Assembly (NCBI RefSeq): GCF_000150275.1
Contig: NW_002060943.1
Span: 2,880,462-2,944,461 of the forward strand
Length of the DNA: 64,000 bases
Direction of reading: 5' to 3'
Source of the DNA: Trichoplax adhaerens
Taxonomy: Eukaryota; Animalia; Placozoa
Under the pieces are notes generated by a model. That model saw nothing but the letters and a program-made list of their open reading frames with translations. It did no database searches and was not told the DNA's origin. A program made the translations under genes and the position numbers. Positions 13,472 to 30,169 of the stretch are shown piece by piece (position 1 is the stretch's first letter; each line of letters begins with the position of its first letter).

Positions 13472-14104
13472 TGTCACAAAACAGCTTTGCAACAAGATAA
13501 CGCAATATACGATCAATAAGTCAATTCCTTGAACCACGTATCAAGGAACGATATCTGCACTATCACAAACACTTTTGCTCTACTAGCAGACTACACAAAG
13601 ACTTAAACGCCTCGTATTTTACGTTAAACACTAAGTTGGACAATTCTTCTTTATTTCACGATATACTGCATTTATATACTATTCCTCAATAGTTCATGAG
13701 TCATAGTTAATACAATTAACATTAGAATCATTTACTGAATTAGATATTAATTTTAGCTACTGCTCCCTTAATGCAGACAACAGTATTTACGAACATAGAC
13801 ATGTAATGACTAATACAGAATAGTCAGATTACGATATGTCCTATCACGGAACATTTCCATGATAATTTACAGTCTACCATAAGTAAATTACAATCACAAT
13901 GATTCGAACTGTAAGCAGATGATTTGCATTCCCTATTATAACTATTATAATTTCAGTATGTGTATAAGTGTCACTGTCATAAAAAGTCAGTGCTATATTA
14001 AAATACAGTATATCCAAATTAGAAGTTAACTAAATAAGGATAGTCTAACAGAATTATCCTAACATAGTTATTTCTACTGTAATACAGTATTTAACACTGT
14101 AACA
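13472..14104 (-). mobile_element. Solo LTR, family B (633 bp)
   Basis: Termini TGTCACA...TGTAACA; perfect 5-bp TSD AGTAG (13467-13471 and 14105-14109); about 95% identical by eye to the reverse complement of 17935-18564. Confidence 0.9.
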
Positions 14105-17100
14105 AGTAGTAAATGCAGTATTTGGTAATATGGAAATCGTAAATGAATTTAGAGCTTTTTGTTGCCTTGATGGGTCAGGAGTAATTCATATTAATGTTTA
14201 ATAACAGCTTTTCTAGGCGATCTTAAATGGATTAATTAAAGAGAAATAGACTGCAAGAGTATTTTGACCAAAAATATCAATATTAAATCGTTACTGCTAT
14301 ATTTTGAATGTATAACTATCATTAAATTTGCTACTGTTAAGAGATGACCACCATAAAATTTACGTCTCTTACAGCTCTTAAAAGAACCGATGAAGATCAA
14401 CTTAAATCGCCATATTTGATCGCAGGGAATGGAAATTATCGGGTTATGTATATTTTAATTAGTATCACATCATTTATTAATGATTGTTATAACTGGATTA
14501 GAGGCAATATTATTAAGAATGATGGATGGTATATTTACTTTCATCACTGCGATGGTGCGTTACAGCAGCCGCAATTTAAAAATGCAAAGATATAAGTAGG
14601 AAGAAAGAACTATTGATGACTGAGTAACTGCAATCAGTAATACATTGCAATATCTAACGATGACGTACTTCAATATCGAATGTTACAAACTAATCTACCC
14701 TTTTTTGATAAGAATCTGTCCGACGATTTTCGTACTATAACTTATTAGCATCAAAGTAGACCTTATTTCGAGTAAAAAATAACTTTCATTTTTTCTGTAT
14801 AACGTCATTATTAATTTAAATTGATGTAATCTGATATATTAATTTGGTTTCTCTAGCACTATGACTAGTTATCTCATTTTCAATTTGAGATGCAATGCTA
14901 CATGTGCAGTCAAGAAAACAGACATTTGTAAAGTAAATTGAAGATATGATTAGAAGTATCTTCATGCAACATTACAGAAGAGTTACTGTATAGCTAACAT
15001 GAACTATTTTAGACGCTTATATGCCCGATATCATTAGTTTATTATCATTACTGAGCGCAATTTAATCATGTTAGCGATTTACGATACATTTGAGTCAAAA
15101 AGCGGTAAGTGTAGTAGAGCGAAAATGAAATTATTTTCGATTCTAGAATAAAATAAAATTAACGTTAAGAATATACTAGGAATATTCTAGGAGTAAAAAA
15201 TTCAAAATCAATAGTCGACATAACCTTTCCTAATTAGCAAACTTAATCTAATTATATATTAGCCGATTGAACTAAGGCATCCAAATGTAATTATTAGCAT
15301 CTTTATTATAATTTAATATACAGTACAGTAGCTGATCAATTGTAAAGGCTGTTGGCATGATTTAAAGTTTCAATTCGATCACAGCATTTACTATTAAGGC
15401 TTTACGAAATAAGAGACTGTTTTCAAATTTACTGCCTTAGGTATCATTAGGCACAGTATTCATCGCGCGATAAAATTGCGTAAAGGTTCGAATTTTAACT
15501 ATAAATTTAATTGACTTCGTCACTTATGAAATAAAATCGAGGTTAAAATTATGCTACTATAATACTCAATGTATTACACTGAAAATATACCACCTTTATC
15601 CGTAGTGAAGCAGTAATTTTTTTTATTAATGTAAGCGAGTATCTAATATTAGACTAGATATGCAACTATATTTAAGATCCTATTTCAAAGGTTTAAAAAT
15701 TATTCAGTTTTCATTACTGTAGGACGTATATAGAGGCTATCATAGCAGTTAATTAAAGAGTATTAACCAAATTATATTTAATCTCATTTAAGACCTTATT
15801 TTCAGTAATTATTTCATTTTTCGTGATATGTATAGAGAAATTTTCATATTTTATATTGGGTGTGTGCGGTAATTACTAATTAGTCCGTCGGGAAATGAAC
15901 ACGACGTAAGATGGAATCCTATAGCAAAAATGATCTAGATATATACTGAAGTTGATATCAGTAAATAATTAAAGAGGTTAAGATTTATTTCATCTTATAA
16001 AGAAATCAATAGTTCAGTAAAGTTAGTTCGTAATCGAAAGAGTAAATAGTATTAGCTGACATCATTAATCGTTTGGACACTTCTTACTTGGCTTCAATTC
16101 TGAATTTAGTCAATATATACCCAGGATTTGCTTAATTACACTTACGTGACCTTAACCTTAGCAAAATCATTATGGAAGATTGTATAATAAATTTCATTCA
16201 GGGCTACTAGTAACCTGATAATGATATAAGTACGAGTAAATAAATAGTAATAATTACTATACACTTATGTATCCAAGAAACTAGAAAATGTAAGTTTTAC
16301 GTAAGGTCAACTGACAAAGATAAAAAATCAAGGTAGCAATGACAGAAGAACTTTGACCGTACGATCATCTATATTCAATATTTTTTGTTGATTGAAGGAG
16401 ATACTTCGAGAATTTGACCAAATGCTATCCTAAAGATAATTTATCTAAACTAAGGGGACATAATAAAATAAATCTTGTCGAATTTGATATTCCAGACACA
16501 AGTACAATATAGGATCTATACTAGATTACTACAAATTTGCTTATTATTATTGCAATTTTGTATTGTAATGGAATGGAGTAACGCTCATTTTATGATCATT
16601 TGGGTAAGCAGCTGTAAATATTCTGAAAATTCATAATTATTTTAAATATTCCACCTTACCAATTAAGGAATAAATAAATTATTCCTTCCGTCGGATGTAA
16701 TTTTCAAATTTTCATTTTGCTGTGCAATTTTTAAATATTTAGATAGTAACATCCAGCACATGACTAACAGTTAATAATCCTTGCATCGATGATATCAATA
16801 ATTTTTTATCGTTGATAAACTCGTCATTAGACTGCTTTGACGACCATATATTTATGAATATGTTCCCTATACTTCTTCAGAGTCTAAGGCTAATTAGATT
16901 ATGAATATATCCTAGCGCTTGCAATGTCTTAAGTCATTTGATGTCATTTAAATTCATGATTTTAGTCTTATATTTCATTACAGTTACTTTGCTAGGCTAA
17001 ACTGCTATTCACCATTCCATAATTATGCTTTAACGGTGTGACATGGGAAAGTGTAATTTCGTATCAAAAATTTAGTATTGAATGACAGGCTCGAAAATGC

Positions 17101-17934
17101 AAAATCTATACTATTTAGTAGGTAATATTGAATGCAAAAATATCCAGATTGAAGTAACATGATGCATTGTGTTACAGTCGTCATTTTTCTTTCCCACCTA
17201 ATGTTATAGTAAAGAAAGAAATTTTTAAAGTTTGCTTTAGCTGAATAATCTAATAAGTAATAACCTTAAATATCCCACAAAACAGCATTAAATAAATACA
17301 ATATTTGGTGATATCGCAGGCGACAGTGTAATGATATTGTTACAAATTTCTAATTTTAAGGACAGACTTCAACAACGGTACTTCTCATTTATAATTTCAT
17401 TTGAATTAAGTGCTATTCTATCTATGATGTTACCCAGAGAAATCCAGAGGTGAAAAATATCGTATAATCGAAATAATCAACCCAGTTTTTATTTTCTTAG
17501 CTTACAATTTCGTACTTATGTTCTACAACAAGGCTTACTTTCTCAAACAGATGTTTGTTTTGAATGAGTCTATGAAATAATTTAATATTTAATTTCTTTC
17601 GCTATCCAGTATTGTTTTAAAAGAAAAAATAATTTATCATTCAAGCACGTATCTGTCCATTAATTATTTTTTAGCGTAAATTTCGAATTTAAATATTTAC
17701 TGACTTCATTTATTAAGGGGTTTCATACGTTATATAGCAGCTTGTGCTAACAATAACGTTTACTGTTTGTTTTCTTTGCATCTTTCTCTTCAGCCAGATC
17801 CTAAATAGATTTAACCTTTTAACTTCATATACATGATTATATTTATTTCTCTCTCCGATAATAACTTTTAAAAGTTTTCAATCATTTTTAACCAAATCAT
17901 GAAGCCGCTGTGTGATCTAAGCTTACTAATGTTA

Positions 17935-18564
17935 TGTGACAGTGTTATGTACTGTATTAGAGTAGAAATATCTATGTTAGGATAATTCTGTTAGCCTATC
18001 CTTATTTAGTTAACTTCTAATTTAGATATACTGTGTTTTAATATAGCACTGACTTTTTATGACAGTGACACTTATGCACATACTGAAATTAATAGTTATA
18101 ATAGGGAATGCAAATCATCTACTTACAGTTCGAATCATTGTGATTGTAATTTACTTATGGTAGATTGTAAATTATCATGGAAATGTTCCGTGATAGAACA
18201 TATCGTAATCTGACTATTCTGTATTAGTCATTACATGTTTATGTTCGTAAATACTGTTGTCTGCATTAAGGGAGCAGTAGCTAAAATTAATATCTAATTC
18301 AGTAAATGATTCCAATGTTAATTGTATTAACTATGACTCATGAACTATTGAGGAATAGTATATAAATGCAGTATATCGTGTAATAAACAGGATTCTCAAA
18401 CTTAGTGTTTAACGTAAAATACGAGGCGCTTAAGTCTTTGTGTAGTCTGCTAGTAGAGCAAAAGTGCTTGTGATAGTGCAGATATCGTTCCTTGATACGT
18501 GGTTCAAGGAATTGACTTATTGATCGTATATTACGTTATCTTGTTGCAAAGCTGTTTTGTGATA
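17935..18564 (+). mobile_element. Solo LTR, family B (630 bp)
   Basis: Termini TGTGACA...TGTGATA (terminal CA mutated to TA); perfect 5-bp TSD TGTTA (17930-17934 and 18565-18569); TGACTCA (18334), TATATAAA (18359) and AATAAA (18382) in LTR-like order. Confidence 0.9.
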
Positions 18565-21500
18565 TGTTATAATTAGATTTTTTCTTTATCGTTCTAATAT
18601 GTATGTTTAGGCCCTTTAAACTATAATCTGGGATAGTTAAATAGTTGATGTTCTAATGGATAACATTAAAATCGCTCATAATATCAGATACAATTCGTCC
18701 TTGCTATTTAAACTAAATAAAAGGAAAAGAAGAGTTTCACTTAAGTGTGGCTTGCAATATTAATTCGAGATGCTGAATATCATTAATTCTATAAAAACAT
18801 TTAGGAAATTTGGGAAAAGATGATTATTAGATTTTTACAGCCTAGCCATGAATTAATATAATGTAAACGAGTACATAATCTTGATTACATCAATAAATTC
18901 GGTTATTGCATTTGCATATAAGATGATAAGGCTTGATGGATTACGAGCGAATGACATTGGAATTCACTTCTTTAATATGATATTCTTCACAATGACGCAC
19001 CGTTCATTTTAAAATAAACTGAAGGTATAAGCTGTTGTGCGTAGCTCAGAATGAAATATGCTAGTATTGCATTATAGTTGCAGTCATTAAAGGTACAGAT
19101 TACTCACCTATTAGACTGTTGGTTCGGGTGATTTTGAATATAAATGAAGCAAGAATGATAAAATATACTTCTTTTAATAGCATAGAACCACGCTTAGGAT
19201 TTTAATCTAGCAAATTTAGCATTGCCAACTGCTTTTGAGTCATTATAGCGATCGAAGGGCAGAAATATTTAGATCATACCTTGTATCATCTAAGCCTTGT
19301 TATGAGATGTGACAGCAAGAAGAAGATGCTGTGAAATAAGTTTACCGTTTGCAATAATGATTAATGAAAATTTTCGAGATCACGTCAACAATTTTACCCG
19401 ATTATACCTTACTTCCTGGATAAAATAGCGCATGAATTATATAAAAATAATTAGGATTTCTTACAGGCAAATTAATCCTAATAACCTTTAGCGGATGATG
19501 CATTCTAGTTGCAATAAGTCATGGGCGGTGCATTAATTGATAAATAATAAATGAGATCTTCTTGGAATTTTGTGGACAAGGTAAATTTATTAAAAAACAT
19601 GAGAAGGTCATGGAGACAATTTTTAATTTAGCACAGGAGTTGTTGTTCTACTAGTTAGTAAAATCGGAGTTTATATAATATACGCCCTCATTATTAAGTT
19701 ACTAACATAGCTATTTAAATATTAATCAGTAAAGCGATAAATAATTAGAGTTTCACCTGAATTTACCAAAGTTAAGCCAAAAACCAAACTATTAAATGGG
19801 ATCTAATATGTTAAAATGATACTGTAGCAGCATAACTGGGCCAAGCGTAATTCGTTACTGCAACAATTAATTAATATTAAATTTGGTTTAATTTTATCTA
19901 CTTTATTTGGGCATCTCTATATCAATTTATATGAGATTGCAATAGTGTGCATGAATAATAGTAGAGATGAAGTTTATCAGTATTTTGCATTTCATAATGA
20001 CTATGATAATCACTTAAGTAATATCTTTAGGTTCCTTTTCTAATCTATTCCATTACCAGCTCATAACGTTATCTATGGCAGGGACAAGTATGTGGTACAG
20101 ACTGTAATTATTTTGCATTCAGTATTCTGAATTATCAAAATGTTATTAATACTAATATTGAACTAATCATTTGCCGTTGCTAAACAACGTCCCAAATAGG
20201 TTCAACAATAAATCATTGCAAATCTAAATGACCCTCGTACTAGGTTATGTCAATATGGTAATTAATCCTTAAAGATCTAGTCAAAGGTGAATAGCAAGAA
20301 AATGCATATCAATCCTCTTTACTAAAATCACATTTTGAAATAAAATTACGTTAATATTCGTTTGTAATAACAATAGCATAGTAACAACGTTACAATACAT
20401 TGCTGAGCTACCAAATACTTTCCAGTTACTACATACTTAATCTTTTAGTAACTGTTAAGGAAAATTTAGATTGTTCCTCAGTTAATATTCGACTCTGTTA
20501 ATATTTCATTTATTACCATCTATTCATACACTGTATAATACTTACTGATTGTATTTAATATTGAAATTATATTGCTATCGAAAATCACCACGTAATATTT
20601 ATTCAGATGTAATCTCTTATTACCAAGAAAGATAACTGACAATGTGACTTTGATCACTATTTAAGCTCCGTCCAGATTAAATTTGATAACAATTTGTACG
20701 TAATTACTTCTAATTTGTGTCTTTTACATGAATTAATTATATCTATTCTGTATTGTAAATGATCCTGTAACCATTTGAAAACAGATGCTATCCATTTATT
20801 TGTAATAAGGAAGTAACACTTTCAGTAATAGATTCAACCTACGTAATTTATCATTTAAAACACAGCTATTGCCCTTATTTCTGTGTTCAGATACTAACTT
20901 ATTTATTAATTTATCCGTATAGTGCAACCAAGACTTGATAAGATATGATACCAAGCAGTTTTAACTCATGCAATTTAATGATTAGTAAAATCTTCCTTTT
21001 GCTACTATATCTATTTTTATTGTATACTATATTAAGTATTATAGGCTGCTCCCATAATTATAAATTTACCAGTCGATTCTTTATTTTATTTTAAATATCA
21101 TTTCGGATAACTATACGGTACTTTAGTATTTGGAAAGTATTTTTGTATTGATGGATCTTTAGTATTCTATGTTATATTTCAAAATAAATATTAACATATG
21201 GAAATAATAAAAATTCTGCAAATAGCTTTAAAATTTCTTAGCACTAAATGTAGTTGTGAATTTCACAATAATTTTATTAAAAATCATCATTCAAAGGTAA
21301 ATAAACCGCCATTATACGACAAGTAATATATCAGACTTTCTACATTTAAATCCCGTTCATATTTAGCAACCGACATAATTCCTTATTTTTAGAAAATTGA
21401 GGTAACATCAACTTATACATGCATGATTCAGAAAATCCTGGTTCAGATCACGTTCGTAACACTATATTACAATCTTTGACTGTTAAATATCATGTAAAAA

Positions 21501-22341
21501 TGTCATAAATTATATATCGTGATTAATGCATTAATTGTAAAATGCTTAGTAATCGAACAAATGGCAATGATGTCGAAGTTCTTGATTATGGATTTGATAA
21601 ATAATGGAAGTCAGACAATATGGCAACAAATTCTAGTATTGATTAAAATTGGCAACTGTAATTTAATTATGTATGGTGAAATCAAATAAAAGTCAAATGA
21701 AATTGATATTTTCAAAAAACAAATATCCAGCTTAAATGTTGTAATACTTGCGGAATAAGCAATCGAGATGCATGCGTATTATAGTGCGATCTTTTTATAT
21801 ACGATTAAACATTGTATAACTACAACTCCGATCAAAGATAGACTGTACTGTATAAATGCAACTGCTTGTAGAATATATAACACTATTTGGGCTAAAATAA
21901 CACGCTAAAATAAAAACGATGTGAATAATCTAATTTGTTAAATATTAATACGAAATTATTCGTATAGCAGAAACAAATTCCTTCTAGCATTGTAATTGAT
22001 CCTCTAGACAATATAACTAATCATTAGCTATAATTATGACTTATGTATTGCTATTATTATTTAACATATCCATACGTGCTAATTAAAAAGTAATGATCAA
22101 TCTGTATTCAATATTAATCAGGCCCTATCTTAAACATAATCAATTATTTATTCAATTATCGATGTAATCTTATATATAGAAGTGAAGTTAGATAGAAGAA
22201 GTTGGTGCTATCATTTGATAACTGTGGAAGTGCTAGACAACACAACCTTTCAACTACCAACTGCTCCGTCTTGCTTTGGTTGCGTTTTAAAATTCAAAAC
22301 TTTTCAATTTTTCCGATCTCATCAACTACTCCCAAGACAAC

Positions 22342-22599
22342 ATGAAATCTTTTTCTGCTCGATGCACCGTTTGGATCTTGGTATTTGCTTTATTTGCTGT
22401 GGCAGCTATTGAAGCTAGAAATGTTAAGCGAGCTGACGAATGGTACAGAGAAGCTGCTTTACCTAGAGGTTGTCCTCGCTTTTGCCAAGATCACGGTGAT
22501 TGTTGCACTGGATATGAATGCTGGAGATTTCCTGCAAGATGTATTCCTCCTAGACCTGGTCAGTTTGGCTATTGCTTCCCTGAACAAATTCAATGCTAA
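22342..22599 (+). CDS. Secreted cysteine-rich (knottin/conotoxin-like) peptide precursor 2, 85 aa
   Basis: Signal peptide ending IEA, KR site, DEWY spacer, 43-aa 8-Cys domain ending PEQIQC*. 23 of 44 aligned mature-domain columns are identical to precursor 1. TATATATA near 22171 and AATAAA at 22917. Confidence 0.92.
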   Translation: MKSFSARCTVWILVFALFAVAAIEARNVKRADEWYREAALPRGCPRFCQDHGDCCTGYECWRFPARCIPPRPGQFGYCFPEQIQC

Positions 22600-24850
22600 T
22601 CGTTCCATGTACAGCAAGATTGCCGTCTCATTGGAGACAAGTTTACTAGCTGAATGGGACATTAGTACCAAAATGATCTGTTAGGATGAATAGGACATCA
22701 TTTAATATTAACTAAAATAGAGGTCTTCCATTGCTTAGACAACTGTGACCATTGTAGTTTTACCTCTTAGCCTAGAATAGTCCAGGTCTATGCAATATTA
22801 TGTAGATAAATTGTTGGAGAGTTCTAGCTTGGCTATTAAATTCCTAATATGTAAGCGTTAGATTAAATTTAAAATCAATGTTACATTGGATTCTAATATA
22901 AAGCAGCCAACGATTAAATAAAACAAACATTAAGTCAGCTTTATCATTGCAATAATATGATTACTGATCTTAATCGTCATAACAAAAATGATGTCATATT
23001 ATGATAAACTTTCGGTGATTATCAGTACCTATATACCAATAATCTGTGTGCGAAATAGGTAAACTGTACATCTGGAGATGGATAGTTGATTTATTTGCCT
23101 CCATTTAAAATTCTATATAGCTGATAAAGTAGCTAATTGCATGTCAGGTTGAGAATTTCACCTTTGTAGTATTTAATTTTTTTGCTGCTAGAAATGGGTA
23201 GAGAAATACATGTACACTAATTCGCTTCTACTGAGACACTTTAAAAGATCAGTTTGAACGATTCTATTGCAATTTTAAGGCGAATACGCATAAGATGATA
23301 TATACTGTATTAATACTGTATTAGTTTGGCGTACTCCTATCTAATTTTGAGATAATGTATTTCATCTAAAAAGTAAGAACACTAACTACAATTACTATAA
23401 TTACAGATTTGATCGAAATAAAATCTAACAGTCGATTCAAATACATTCTGTAAAGGTTCAAGGGTCATCTAAGATTACAGGATCCTTTTCGGAGTTAGGT
23501 ATGAACAGTTAGCCCTACATAATGATGAACAGGGGGTATCTTACCTGAAGCTCATATTCTAATTTCATGCGAAAATAAAGTAAGATATATAATTATGTAT
23601 GAATACCTTTTAGTAAACAATATGAAACGAAAGTATAATCGTAAGAATGGATTAATATACCTTTCCGATGGTCATTTTTACCCTACATAGTTAATTTGTT
23701 TTACGTCAGCTGTATGTGACGTATCGTAGAGTGATAGCAATTCTCTTCATCATCCCATCAATTATATTATCATGTGGCATAAAAACGAAATGTTGCCTTA
23801 ACATTTACATCAGTCAAATTTATTAGTGTTAACATTTATCTGAATCAAACAAATACTTGAAAGGCAGAAAATTTTTACTCAATTATACATATAATTATCA
23901 GCAGAATCTCCATTATACGGTATTCCTACTGTTAACGTACTATACATAAGTTTATTATAGGAGTTTGCTAATGGGGTGTGCTTTATTTCTGAAATATTTA
24001 AATTACTTTTTTGAATTGATTTATCTTAGATCAACGAATGAGCTCAAACAATTATAATTAAAATGGTTTGTACGTACGTAGATATATAACTATAGTCCAA
24101 GGATTGCTAATAATTTCTTGTCCATTTTACACAACAGTGTATATTTTAAAACAAGTTGGCATTACTCACGAGTAATTGCGATGGATAGAAATAGCAAAAA
24201 TGCCACTCCGAGCGACCAAATAGTTTCCCCCGGGGTACAAACTACTGATCCAGTAATGTAAAATAGATTGAAAACTTTAAAAATATATGATTATGTTAAA
24301 GACTAATTTTGTGAGTGGATTTTTACTGTGTGAGGTTGGAATTACAAACAACTTAAATCACCTTAAGTAAAGATTTAATATTCAACAAATTTATAAGTTT
24401 ACAATGTTTTTGCCAAGAGCTAAAATTCTAAACAGTATTCATCAATTTATATCAACGCGTTACAAGCATATCCGATCTTTCTGTATATCTTTAAATTTCT
24501 AATCAATGCAGTATGCATGCACAGAGTCTTAGTATAATAAAACCATGTTGGTTTTAAAACGAGATAATAAAGTTTACTAAACTAGTTCAAGAAAACACCT
24601 ATTGCGAATTAGGTATACGCATAGTGGCATCTAAAAGAGACGTCGCAAGTAGATCAGCTACTTTTTAAGCAGCATACACTAATTAAGAGCTTAATATTAT
24701 CCAACTTCGCTAAATAAAGCTAACGAGTCATACATTCACTCAGCGAACTTTATACACTAATACTAATCAATTTAATAAAGTAATAGTTAAGGAATTATCT
24801 GTACAGTATGAATTAATTTCATTCTCGCATTTAACATCAAGATGAACTAA

Positions 24851-30169
<5,319 letters not shown>

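Noticed and set aside
14344-14595. 83-aa ORF between the family B LTRs, and other short unassigned ORFs (e.g. 46409-46690, 63712-63927)
   Set aside because: No domain, signal peptide or splice-consistent structure was recognisable; likely chance or antisense to decayed sequence.
13472-18564. A single 5.1-kb foldback/long-TIR DNA transposon defined by the 630-bp inverted repeats
   Set aside because: Each arm has its own TG..CA-type ends and its own 5-bp TSD, there is no TSD around the whole unit, and the spacer has no transposase. These are two independent solo LTRs.
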